From: an uncultured Gemmatimonadales bacterium
GTDB lineage: Bacteria; Gemmatimonadota; Gemmatimonadetes; Gemmatimonadales; Gemmatimonadaceae
Assembly: GCA_963851265.1 (NCBI GenBank)
Contig: CAWKNZ010000008.1
Span: forward strand, 128,001 to 192,000
Reading direction: 5' to 3'
Length of the DNA stretch: 64,000 nucleotides
The notes under the pieces were generated by a model. That model was given only the letters and a program-made list of their open reading frames with translations. It did not search any database and was not told where the DNA came from. Positions 31,874 through 41,104 of this stretch are shown piece by piece (the stretch's first letter is position 1; each line of letters starts with the position of its first letter). Position numbers and translations under genes: made by a program.

Positions 31874-31911
31874 GGGGGTGGGCGGAGGCGACGCGGGTGG
31901 CGGACGCGGGA

Positions 31912-34308
31912 TCAGCCGCCGGCCGCGGCCAGCAACGGCGTGGACGCGCCGGGCGGGGCGATGCGGTGATACGGAAGAGTTACGCGCGCGATCGTCCCGC
32001 CGCTCGGGTTGGGCTCGAGCACGCACCCCGCCCGCGCCCCGTACAACAGCGCGAGCCGCTGCCGTACGCCGCGCAGCCCCGCCCCGCTCCCCACGCCGCC
32101 GGTGCCTGGCTGCGCCGCCGGCTGCGCCGCCGGCTGGGCCGCGCCCCTCGGACCACCCGACCGCGACGCGGCCGGCGTCGCGGCGCAGACTCCCACGCCG
32201 TCGTCCGCCACGAGGAGTTCGAGTGCGGGGCCGGCGCGGCGCGCGCGGATCGCGAGCCGGCCGCCGCCTCCACGCGGCGCGATCCCGTGGCGCACCGCGT
32301 TCTCGACGAGCGGCTGCAACACGAGGTGCGGCACGGCGGCGTCCGCGACGTCGGGCGCGACGTCCCACACCACGGCGAGCGTGCCCCCCGACGCGCCGAG
32401 ACGGGCCCGCTCGAGCGCGAGGAACGGCTCGAGGCCCGCGACCTCCTCGTGCAGGCTCACCTCCTGCACGTCGACCCACGCGGCCGCCTCGCCGGCCAGC
32501 GCGGCCAACGCCGCGAGCAGTCGGCCCGCCGCCTCGGGAGCGCTCCCGACCAGCGCCGCAGCGGTATGCAGCGCGTTCCCGACGAAGTGCGGGTTCATCT
32601 CCGCCTTGAGTGCGCGCAACTCGCTGCGTCGGCGCCGGTCGGCGTGCGAGCGGTGCGCCGCTCGCGCTTCGGCCACGATCTGCGCCGTCCGCCTGTGCTC
32701 GCCGCTCAGTGTCACCACGCGTGCGATCGTCACGAAAATCGCGTAGAGCACGAACGCCGCCAGCACCCGCGAGATGAAGTCACCCGCCGTGATCGGCGCG
32801 ATTCCGGGCATCAGGGACGCCCGCACCGCTGCCCGGAGCGCGGTCGCCAGGGCCGAAATCCCGAGCCCGATTCCGACGGTGGTTGGGAGCGCGTGGGCGA
32901 CCCGATCGGCCGCGCCGAGCGGCCACCGGCGTGCCACCGTGACGGCCGCCGCGCAGATGAGCCCCTGCGTGATCGCGACGTTGCCGATGACGAGGAGCAC
33001 GACGCCCGAGGTCCATGCCATGCCGTAGTGCGACGCCGTGTAGGCCCACTGCAGCACGACGTACAGCGCGCACAACCCGGCCACGATCCCCGCATCCCAC
33101 GCGTCGCCCGACGCGGGAGGGGCGTGACCCGTGGTGGCCAGCACCCACTCCTCGAACACACGCTCGCGCGGGTCCGCCGGCGCCCCGCCGGGCGCGACCG
33201 GCTGTTCGTCGAGCAGAAGCGGGAGGCGAAGGCGGACGTGCGGATCACCTGCTGAACTCGCCGTGGTGGCGAACTGCCACCGCCCGGCGTCGCCGTAGAA
33301 ATGGTCGAGCAACCGACCGAGCGCCACCGCGGACCGGGGCGCGACCCCCGAGACGTCGAGTTCGAGCCACCGTTCGCCGTCGAGCGACACGGCCGTGCCG
33401 CGCAAACTCACCTCCCCCGCGCCGCGCACGCTGGCGAGCAGCGCGGGAACGACGAGATGCGGCACGAGCACCTCTCGGACGTCGTCGTCCACGACGTAGC
33501 GCACCGCGCCCGGGTTCATGGGTTCTGGCGCGCTCGGGCCGCCCCGCTCCTCGGCCCCGCGCTCGCGCGCCGCGTCGACCTCCTCACCCAGCGTGACGGC
33601 GTCGGCGGCCGCGCCGGCGACGGCTTCGCGCATCAGGAGTCCGAGCTCGACGACGACGCGTTCCGCGGAGGCCGGATCGGTGTGGACGAGCGCCTCCGCC
33701 GTCGTCAGCGCGTTCGCGATGAGCACCGGGTGGAGCTCGGTCTTCACCGCCCGCAGCTGCGCGGTCACCTGGTCGCGTCCGGCCCGCTCGACCGCGCGGA
33801 GCACGTGCAGGTGGACGGCACGCGCGCGGCGCACGCGCGTCGCGAAGACGCGCGCGTGCGCGACGACAGCCCACAACGCGTACCAGATCAGCCCCTCCGC
33901 CAGAAGGGTCGTCGCCTGCCGTGCACTCGGCCGCGCGACGAACGCCTCCGACGCGCCTTCGGCCGTCGCCGCCAGCAACGCCGCGACGGCGCCGACTCCC
34001 ACGTGCGCCCGCAGCCGCTCCTTCCAGCGCCGCCCCATGACGGGCCGGCGGTACGACGTGGTGAACGCCGCGAACACCGGCACGCCAAGGCTGACGCCCA
34101 GGAGCAGCGCGCGGAGTGCCTCGACCCATCCGAATGCGTGCCGCCCGGGCGGCATGCGGTCCCAGATCTCGGCGACGCCCACGAGCCCGGTCGCGCCGAA
34201 CAGCGCCGGCGCCCACGGCCCAGGGCGGCGGCGCGCTGCTGGTGCATTCGAGTGGGCCACGGCCGTAGGAGGTGGGGGTGACGGCGCGCAGTGGTCTGCG
34301 TGTAGCAC
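31912..34308 (-). CDS. LytS/YehU-family sensor histidine kinase with two tandem TM+kinase modules
   Basis: Module 1 TELHPVLIANAL...VTLGEEV...VPHLVVP (degenerate); module 2 EMNPHFVGNAL...VSLHEEV...VPHLVLQPLVENAVRHG...DDGVG...GAGLRGVRQRL. Confidence 0.85.
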   Translation of the reverse strand: MLHADHCAPSPPPPTAVAHSNAPAARRRPGPWAPALFGATGLVGVAEIWDRMPPGRHAFGWVEALRALLLGVSLGVPVFAAFTTSYRRPVMGRRWKERLRAHVGVGAVAALLAATAEGASEAFVARPSARQATTLLAEGLIWYALWAVVAHARVFATRVRRARAVHLHVLRAVERAGRDQVTAQLRAVKTELHPVLIANALTTAEALVHTDPASAERVVVELGLLMREAVAGAAADAVTLGEEVDAARERGAEERGGPSAPEPMNPGAVRYVVDDDVREVLVPHLVVPALLASVRGAGEVSLRGTAVSLDGERWLELDVSGVAPRSAVALGRLLDHFYGDAGRWQFATTASSAGDPHVRLRLPLLLDEQPVAPGGAPADPRERVFEEWVLATTGHAPPASGDAWDAGIVAGLCALYVVLQWAYTASHYGMAWTSGVVLLVIGNVAITQGLICAAAVTVARRWPLGAADRVAHALPTTVGIGLGISALATALRAAVRASLMPGIAPITAGDFISRVLAAFVLYAIFVTIARVVTLSGEHRRTAQIVAEARAAHRSHADRRRRSELRALKAEMNPHFVGNALHTAAALVGSAPEAAGRLLAALAALAGEAAAWVDVQEVSLHEEVAGLEPFLALERARLGASGGTLAVVWDVAPDVADAAVPHLVLQPLVENAVRHGIAPRGGGGRLAIRARRAGPALELLVADDGVGVCAATPAASRSGGPRGAAQPAAQPAAQPGTGGVGSGAGLRGVRQRLALLYGARAGCVLEPNPSGGTIARVTLPYHRIAPPGASTPLLAAAGG

Positions 34309-34585
34309 AACGGCGGTCGTAGGGTAATCGGTGCCCGGGCGATCGCGCGCGGGCAGTTGCCGCGCGAGCGCCAGCGCCGCCCGTCAGGACGCGTCGGAAC
34401 TGCTACCGTGAACCCGCACCTCCGCCCGCGCCGCGCACGCCTCCGGCGGTCTGGAGCGCGGGTGCGATCCCAAGACGCTTGCGCGATCCGGGCGTCGGCC
34501 CCACCGTCGCGCACGCCCGGGCCACGCCCGATGCGCAGAGCCGTGGCGCGACCCGAGATGTCCCCTTCACCCAGCGGAGTGTCCG

Positions 34586-34921
34586 ATGGCGGATTCAGAG
34601 CACGGCGGCCAAGGCGGCGACGCCGGGGGCCCGAAGAGCGTGGAAGCGCGGCTGACCGAGCTGGAAAACGCCGTGCGACAGATGACCGGTGGTGGCGCGG
34701 GTGGCGCTGCGGGCGCGGCGGCACCGGCCGCGCAGGGCGTGACCTGCAACACCTGTCACGTGTGCGCGATCGCGTGTCACGTGTGCGTCGTGTGCAGCGT
34801 GTGCCACGTGTGCCAGGTCTGCCAGGTGTGTCAGGTCTGTAGCGTGTGTCGGGTCTGCCACGTGTGCCAGGTATGCGCCGAATGCACCTGCGGACCGGCC
34901 AGCCCGCCGGGCGGGGCGTAG
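34586..34921 (+). CDS. Cys-Xaa-Xaa repeat TOMM precursor peptide (17 Cys)
   Basis: Leader SVEARLTELENAVRQM, Gly/Ala linker, core TCNTCHVCAIACHVCVVCSVCHVCQVCQVCQVCSVCRVCHVCQVCAECTCGP; GGAG RBS; first gene of the YcaO operon. Confidence 0.88.
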   Translation: MADSEHGGQGGDAGGPKSVEARLTELENAVRQMTGGGAGGAAGAAAPAAQGVTCNTCHVCAIACHVCVVCSVCHVCQVCQVCQVCSVCRVCHVCQVCAECTCGPASPPGGA

Positions 34922-34990
34922 TGGCGCCGTCGCTGCCGCGGGGGGCGCGCGGCGCGCCCCGCGGCACGCCCCTTCCCTCCGCCTAACGCC

Positions 34991-37435
34991 ATGGCGCGGG
35001 TCCGCATCAGTCGCGCGGTGGGCGTGACGTTCACGCCCGACGCGGCACTCCTGCGTTCCGACCTCGGCACCGTCGCCCTCGACGGCAGCGACGTCGTCCC
35101 GTTCCTCGCGCGCCTCGTCCCGCTGCTCGACGGGACGCGCGACCTCGACGGGATCGCGGACGCGCTCGCGCGCGAGTACACGCGCGCGAGCGTCGTCGGA
35201 CTCGTCGGGATGCTCGCGCGGCGGGGCCTCGTCGAGGACGTGCCCGACGCGGGCGACGCCGCCGCCGGTGGGGGCGAGGCGCGCTTCGCCGGGCAGCTCG
35301 ACTATTTCGCACAGTGGACCGACGACCCGGCGGCCCCCCTCCGCCGGCTGCGCGACGCGCACGTCGCCGTGGTCGGGCTCGAACCGTGGGGGGTCGGCGC
35401 GGCGGTCGAACTCGCGGCGTCCGGCGTGGGCGCGCTGCACCTGATGGACGACGCGCCGGTCACCGACGACGACCTGCTCGCGGCCCGCGCGCTCACGCCC
35501 GCGCACGTCGGCCGCCCGCGCGCCGCCGCGCTCGCCGCGGTGCTCGCCGAGGCCGCGCCGTGGACGCGCGTCACGCACGGCCCCATGGCGCTGAACGACG
35601 CGCACGAACTGGCGCTCCCCGCCGAGCCGTGGGCCCTGGTGCTCGCCGCCGCGGCGGTCGACGACCTGGCCTTGCTCGACGCGGTCGCGCGTGCGACCCA
35701 CGCGCGCGGCATTCCGTCGGTGTACGCGCACCTCGACCTGCTCGAGGCGGTGGTCGGGCCACTCGTGATTCCGGGCGAGACGGCCTGCTGGAACTGCACG
35801 CGGCTGCGGCACCTCGCGACGAGCGACACGGGCGCGCGCGCCCACCAGCTGCAGCACGCCCTGCTCCGGGCGCCGCTGCGCGCTCCGCCCGACGACCCGG
35901 CGCGGCCGCGGCGGCGCACCTACCTGGCGCCGATGGCGGGGCAGCTCGCCCACCTCGTCGCGCTCGAAGCGGTCAAGTTCCTGTCGGGCTACGTCGTGAG
36001 CACGCTCGTGGGGCGCGTACTCACGCAGGACCTGGTCCGCCTAACGACGAGCTGGCACACGGTCGTGCGCATGCCGTGGTGCCCGGTGTGCGGCGGCGCG
36101 GACGGCGCGGACGGCGCGGGAGCCGGGGGCGCCGCGCGTCCGCTCGACGACGCGGGCTCGCCCGAGGCGCTCCGCGAGCGCCTCGCCGGCTGGGTGGACG
36201 CGCGCGTGGGCGTCGTCCGGTCCCTGCACGTGAACGTGGCCGAGATCGACGAGCCCGAGCTGCCGATCACGACCACGGCCCTGCTCGCCGACTACACCGA
36301 GGGGGACTTCCGCGCGCGCGACCCCGAGCTGGGCTCGGGCAAGGGCCTCACCGCGGTGGAGGCGATGATCGGCGCCGTGGGCGAGGCCGTCGAACGCTAC
36401 TCGGCGGCGCGCGTCCCCCCCGGCCGCCTGCGCCGCGCGCGTGCCGCCGCGCTCGCCGGCGAGGCCGACGTGCTCGACCCCGCGCGCCTCGCGCACTACA
36501 GCGACGCGCAGTACGCGCACCCGGGGTTCCCGTTCGTGCGCCCCGACCCGGAGGGGCCGATCGACTGGACGCTCGGCCGCTGGCTGGGCGGCGACGCGCC
36601 GGTGTGGGTGCCGGCGTTCCCGACCTACTACAACCTGCACGTGCCGCGCGCGGAGCGCTTCTGTCAGGTCAGCTCCAACGGCCTCGCGGCGGGGGCGAGC
36701 CGAGCGGACGCCGCGATGCGCGCCACGATGGAGCTGGTGGAGCGCGACGCGTTCACGCTCACCTGGCTCGCGCAGCTGCCGGGCCGCCGCCTGCTGCCCG
36801 ACGACGCACTCGACGTCGGCGCGCGCGAGGTGCTGCGGCAACTCGAGCTCTGCGGCGCGCGCGTCGAACTCTACCTGCTCGACGCCACGCTCGGCGTGCC
36901 GGCGGTGCTCTGCCTCGCGCTCGGCGACGGCGTGCGGTGGCCCGGCGCGACGGTGGCGCTGTCCGCGCACCCCAACCCGCGCCACGCGGCGCGGAAGGCG
37001 TTGCTGGAGCAGGGCCACGTGGGGCCGTTCGTGCGGCGCCTGATGCGCGGCGGTACGCAGCGCGTGCCCGAGACGCCCGACGACGTCCGCTCGCTGATCG
37101 ACCACGCGATGTACTACGTGCCGCGCGAGCGCCAGGCGGCGTTCGACTTCCTGCGCCGGGGCGGCGGCGATCCCGTGCCGGTCGGCGACCTCGCCGTGCG
37201 CGACGCCCTCACCGAGGGCGAGTGCGCGGCGCTGTTCGCGCGCGAGGGCGTGCGGGTGGCGATCGCCGACGTGACGTCGCCCGACGTGGCGGCGGGGCCG
37301 TTCCGGGTCGCCCGCGCGTTAGGCGAGGACGTGCAGCCGATCCACTTCGGCCACGCGCTCGGGCAGGTCGCCAACCCGCGCCTCGCGCGCCGCCTGGCGC
37401 GCGGGCTGCACCCGCACCCGCACCCCCTGGCGTGA
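34991..37435 (+). CDS. Fused E1-like/leader-binding and YcaO cyclodehydratase
   Basis: GPLVIPGETACWNC and PWCPVC Zn motifs; YcaO motifs GSGKG, GEAVERYS, SSNGLAAG, ELVERD; C-terminal PHPHP. Confidence 0.93.
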   Translation: MARVRISRAVGVTFTPDAALLRSDLGTVALDGSDVVPFLARLVPLLDGTRDLDGIADALAREYTRASVVGLVGMLARRGLVEDVPDAGDAAAGGGEARFAGQLDYFAQWTDDPAAPLRRLRDAHVAVVGLEPWGVGAAVELAASGVGALHLMDDAPVTDDDLLAARALTPAHVGRPRAAALAAVLAEAAPWTRVTHGPMALNDAHELALPAEPWALVLAAAAVDDLALLDAVARATHARGIPSVYAHLDLLEAVVGPLVIPGETACWNCTRLRHLATSDTGARAHQLQHALLRAPLRAPPDDPARPRRRTYLAPMAGQLAHLVALEAVKFLSGYVVSTLVGRVLTQDLVRLTTSWHTVVRMPWCPVCGGADGADGAGAGGAARPLDDAGSPEALRERLAGWVDARVGVVRSLHVNVAEIDEPELPITTTALLADYTEGDFRARDPELGSGKGLTAVEAMIGAVGEAVERYSAARVPPGRLRRARAAALAGEADVLDPARLAHYSDAQYAHPGFPFVRPDPEGPIDWTLGRWLGGDAPVWVPAFPTYYNLHVPRAERFCQVSSNGLAAGASRADAAMRATMELVERDAFTLTWLAQLPGRRLLPDDALDVGAREVLRQLELCGARVELYLLDATLGVPAVLCLALGDGVRWPGATVALSAHPNPRHAARKALLEQGHVGPFVRRLMRGGTQRVPETPDDVRSLIDHAMYYVPRERQAAFDFLRRGGGDPVPVGDLAVRDALTEGECAALFAREGVRVAIADVTSPDVAAGPFRVARALGEDVQPIHFGHALGQVANPRLARRLARGLHPHPHPLA

Positions 37436-37446
37436 GGCGCGGCGCC

Positions 37447-38205
37447 ATGACGCACGACGACGACCCGGACGTCGCCCGCATCTTCCACCTGCACTCGTCC
37501 AACGTGCGGCAGCGCGTGGTGGAGCTCGCGCTCGACCACGACCGGCACCCGTTCCGGTTCCGCACGTACCCGGGCGCGCCGCGCGTCGCGCTCCCGGGGC
37601 GGGATTTCGACGGCCTCGACGTTCCGCTCGCCGAGCTGCTCCGCCGGCGCACGTCGTCGCGCGCGTTCTCGACCGCGGCCACGCTGCCCGTCGCGTCGCT
37701 CGGCCGCCTGCTGTACGCGAGCTACGGCCTCAACGGGCAGCGCGAGATCGACGGCCAGCGCCTCCACGCGCGCCCCGCGCCGTCGGCGGGCAGCCTCTAC
37801 CCCATCGAGCTCTACGTCGCGGTGCAGCGCGTGGACGGTGTGGACGACGGCCTGTACCACTACGACGCGCGGGCGCACGAGCTGGAGCTGCGCCGCCCGG
37901 GGCGCGTGCACGCGCAGCTCGCCGACATGACCATCGGCCAGACGATGCTCGCCGACGCGAACGTGGTCGTGTTGATGACGGCCGTGTTCGCGCGGACGAT
38001 GTGGAAGTACAAGCAGCGCGGCTACCGCTACGTGTGGCTCGACGCGGGCCACGTCGGCCAGAACCTCTACCTCGTGGCCGACGCCCTGGGGCTCGGGGCC
38101 GTGGCGGTGGGGGGGTTCTACGACCGCGAGCTTCACCGCCTGCTCGCGCTGCCGGACGCGGAGGAGGCGGTGGTGTATCTGGTGTGCGCGGGCGTGCGTG
38201 CCTAA
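37447..38205 (+). CDS. SagB/ThcOx-family FMN azoline dehydrogenase
   Basis: RRTSSRAF, RPAPSAGSLYPIELY, GLYHYD, WKYKQRGYRYVWLDAGHVGQN. Confidence 0.92.
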   Translation: MTHDDDPDVARIFHLHSSNVRQRVVELALDHDRHPFRFRTYPGAPRVALPGRDFDGLDVPLAELLRRRTSSRAFSTAATLPVASLGRLLYASYGLNGQREIDGQRLHARPAPSAGSLYPIELYVAVQRVDGVDDGLYHYDARAHELELRRPGRVHAQLADMTIGQTMLADANVVVLMTAVFARTMWKYKQRGYRYVWLDAGHVGQNLYLVADALGLGAVAVGGFYDRELHRLLALPDAEEAVVYLVCAGVRA

Positions 38206-38292
38206 CGCTGCGTCAGGCCACGGGCCGAGAGTTCGTGCCGGGGCGCGGCATGGAGCCTGGAGCCGCGCCCCTGCACGTGACCGTCGCGGCGC

Positions 38293-39831
38293 CTACCGCC
38301 CGGCGCGCGCCGCGGCCGCCGAGCCGCGGTAGCGCGCGTACGGGGCGGCGTAGGCGCGCGCCGCCGCCGCGTCGGGCGCCTCGGCGGCGCCGCGCGTGAG
38401 CGTGGCGCGCGTCGCGGTCGCGAGGTCCGGGTAGGCCCCCGCGCCCACGGCCGCGAGCAGCGCCGCCCCGTACGCCGGGCCCTCCTCGCGGTTCACCGTC
38501 CGCACCGGCACGCCGTACACGTCGCGCTGCAGGCCGCGCAGGAACGGACTCCGCGCGCCACCACCGGTCAGCAGCACCTCCGCCGGCGCGAGTCCCAACT
38601 CGCGCAGAATCTCGACGCTGTCGCGCAGCGCGAAGCACACGCCCTCGAGCACGGCCCGCGTCAGGTGCGCCCGCGTGTGCGCGAGACTCAGGCCGAGAAA
38701 CGCGCCGCGCAGGGCGGCGTCGCGGTGCGGCGTGCGCTCGCCCTGCAGGTACGGCAGGAACGTGACGCCGTCGGCGCCCGGGGCGACCCCGGCGGCCTCC
38801 GCGTCCAGGCGCGCGTCCGCGTCGGGCGCGCCGGCGAGGTCGCGCGCGAGCTGCGCACGGTACCACGCGAACGCGCCGCCCGCGGAGAGCACCACGCCCA
38901 TCACGTACCACACGCCGGGCGCGACGTGGCAGAACGTGTGCGCGCGCAGCGCCGGGTCCACGCGCGGCTCGGCCGTGGGCGCGAGCACCGTCCCCGAGGT
39001 CCCCCAGCTCGCCACGGCCTCGCCGGGCGCGACCACGCCTACTCCGGCCGCGCCGCACGCGTTGTCCGCGCCGCCGCCGACCACCGGCGTCCCCGCCCGC
39101 AGCCCCGTCGCCCGCGCCGCCTCGGCGGTCACGGCGCCCAGCACCTCGGCCGACCCGCCGACGTCGGGGAGCAGCGTGCGCGGCACGCCCACCGCGGCGA
39201 GGAGCTCGTCGCTCCAGCCGAGCCGCGCGGGGTCGAACATCAACGTCCCCGACGCGTCGGACGGCTCGGTGGCGAGCGCGCCCGTGAGGCGGAAGCGCAC
39301 GAAGTCCTTGGCGAGCAGCACCGTCGCGAGTCGCGCGTACGCCGCGGGCTCGTGCGCGCGGAGCCAGAGCACCTTGGGCAGCGTGAAGCCTTCGAGCGCG
39401 GGGTTCCGCACCCAGTCGCGCAGCCGCGCCTCGCCGCCCGCGGCGCGCGTGATCTCCGCGCACTCGGCCGTCGTCCGCCCGTCGCACCAGAGCAGCGCCG
39501 GGCGGATCACCTGCCCCGCCCGGTCGAGGAACACCGACGAGTGCATCTGCCCCGAGACGCCCACCGCCGCGACCCGCGCCGCCGCGTTGGGCACCTCCGC
39601 GAGCACCGCGCGCGTGGCCGCGGCCACGGCGTCCCACCACGCGTCCGGGTCCTGCTCGGCCCACCCCGGCTCGGGCGTCGCGAGCGCGAGCGGGACGGTG
39701 GCCGCCGCGCGCACGTCGCCGCCGCCCGCCCCGCTCCCGACCCCCACGAGGATCGCCTTCACGCCGCTCGTGCCGACGTCGAGGCCGAGCACGAGCGCGT
39801 CGGCCGTCCCGCCGCCCAACGCGTCCGCCAC
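38293..39831 (-). CDS. xylB: Xylulokinase
   Basis: LGLDVGTSGVK, SGQMHS, LWCDGRT, GGGADNA, LPYLQGERTP; adjacent to xylA. Confidence 0.93.
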   Translation of the reverse strand: MADALGGGTADALVLGLDVGTSGVKAILVGVGSGAGGGDVRAAATVPLALATPEPGWAEQDPDAWWDAVAAATRAVLAEVPNAAARVAAVGVSGQMHSSVFLDRAGQVIRPALLWCDGRTTAECAEITRAAGGEARLRDWVRNPALEGFTLPKVLWLRAHEPAAYARLATVLLAKDFVRFRLTGALATEPSDASGTLMFDPARLGWSDELLAAVGVPRTLLPDVGGSAEVLGAVTAEAARATGLRAGTPVVGGGADNACGAAGVGVVAPGEAVASWGTSGTVLAPTAEPRVDPALRAHTFCHVAPGVWYVMGVVLSAGGAFAWYRAQLARDLAGAPDADARLDAEAAGVAPGADGVTFLPYLQGERTPHRDAALRGAFLGLSLAHTRAHLTRAVLEGVCFALRDSVEILRELGLAPAEVLLTGGGARSPFLRGLQRDVYGVPVRTVNREEGPAYGAALLAAVGAGAYPDLATATRATLTRGAAEAPDAAAARAYAAPYARYRGSAAAARAGR

Positions 39832-41013
39832 CTAGCGCACCCCGAGCAGCACCTCGACCGTCAGCTGGTCGAGCCGCTCGTACGCGTAGCCGCTGGCGCG
39901 GATGGCCGGCAGGTCGAGCGCGCGCGCCTTGAGCGCGTCGGCCGCCTCGGGGCTGAAGCGCAGCGGCCCGGCGTCCGCGCCGCCGCGCGCGCGCAGCTCG
40001 CCCAGCAGGCCCTGGATCTCGGGGTCCGCGTTCCACCGCGCCGCCTTGTCCTTCAGGATGAGGTACGTGCGCATGCACCCGCGCGCGAAGTCCCACACGC
40101 CGTCGGCGTCCTCGGTGCGGTAGGCGTGGGCGTCGAAGTGGCGCATGCCGTCGTACCCGGCGTCCTCGAGCAGCTTGACGAGGAAGAACGCCCCCTTGAT
40201 GTCCTCCGCGCCGAACCGGTGATCCTGGTCGTAGCGCCCCGGCTTCTGCCCGTTGAGGTCGATGTGGAACAGCTTGCCGGCGTCGAGCGCCTGCGCCACG
40301 CCGTGCGCGAAGTTGAGGCCGGCGATCGTGTCGTGCGCCACCTCGGGGTTCACCCCCACCATGTCGGGGTGGGCGAGCGTCTGGATGAACGCCAGCGCGT
40401 GCCCGATGGTCGGCAGGTAGATGTCGCCGCGCGGCTCGTTGGGCTTGGGCTCGAGCGCGAAGCGGTAGCCGTAGCCCTGCGCCACGTTGTACTCGCACAG
40501 GAAGTCGAGCGCGTCGCGGAACCAGCCGAGCGCGTCGCGCGGGTCCTTGGCCCCGTCGGTCTCCGTGCCCTCGCGCCCGCCCCAGAACACGTACGTCTCG
40601 GCGCCGAACTCCTTGCCGAGGTCCATCGAGCGCATCGTCTTCTGCAGCGCGTAGCGGCGCACGCGGCCGTCGTTGCTCGTGAACGCGCCGTCGCGGAACG
40701 CCGGGTCGGTGAACAGGTTGGTCGTCGCCATCGGGACCTTGAGGCCCGTCTCGTCGAGTGCCGCCCGGAACTCGCGGACGATGCGGTCGCGCTCGGCGGG
40801 CGTCGCGTCGCGCGGCACGAGGTCCTCGTCGTGGAAGTTCACGCCGTAGGCGCCGAGCGGGGCGAGTGCGCGGACGATCGTGGGCGCGTCGAGGGGCGCA
40901 CGCACGGGCTCGCCGAACGGGTCGCGGCCGACGTTGCCCACGGTCCAGAGGCCGAAGGTGAAGTGGTGCTCCGGGCGCGGGGCGTAGGCGTCGGTCGGGG
41001 TCGTGTTAGGCAT
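39832..41013 (-). CDS. xylA: Xylose isomerase (class I)
   Basis: [53 protein letters not shown]. Confidence 0.96.
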   Translation of the reverse strand: MPNTTPTDAYAPRPEHHFTFGLWTVGNVGRDPFGEPVRAPLDAPTIVRALAPLGAYGVNFHDEDLVPRDATPAERDRIVREFRAALDETGLKVPMATTNLFTDPAFRDGAFTSNDGRVRRYALQKTMRSMDLGKEFGAETYVFWGGREGTETDGAKDPRDALGWFRDALDFLCEYNVAQGYGYRFALEPKPNEPRGDIYLPTIGHALAFIQTLAHPDMVGVNPEVAHDTIAGLNFAHGVAQALDAGKLFHIDLNGQKPGRYDQDHRFGAEDIKGAFFLVKLLEDAGYDGMRHFDAHAYRTEDADGVWDFARGCMRTYLILKDKAARWNADPEIQGLLGELRARGGADAGPLRFSPEAADALKARALDLPAIRASGYAYERLDQLTVEVLLGVR

Positions 41014-41104
41014 GGTGGCGTTGGAGGTGGGGTGGCGTGCCGCGTTCGGCAGCAAGCGGCGCACCGGGACGGTCGTCACGCGCCGTGCGGTGGCGGTGCG
41101 CCGC

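Noticed and set aside
35314..38205. 963-aa ORF as a large fused dehydrogenase
   Set aside because: Only the last 252 aa (from ATG 37447) are SagB-like; the rest is an alternative frame of the YcaO gene.
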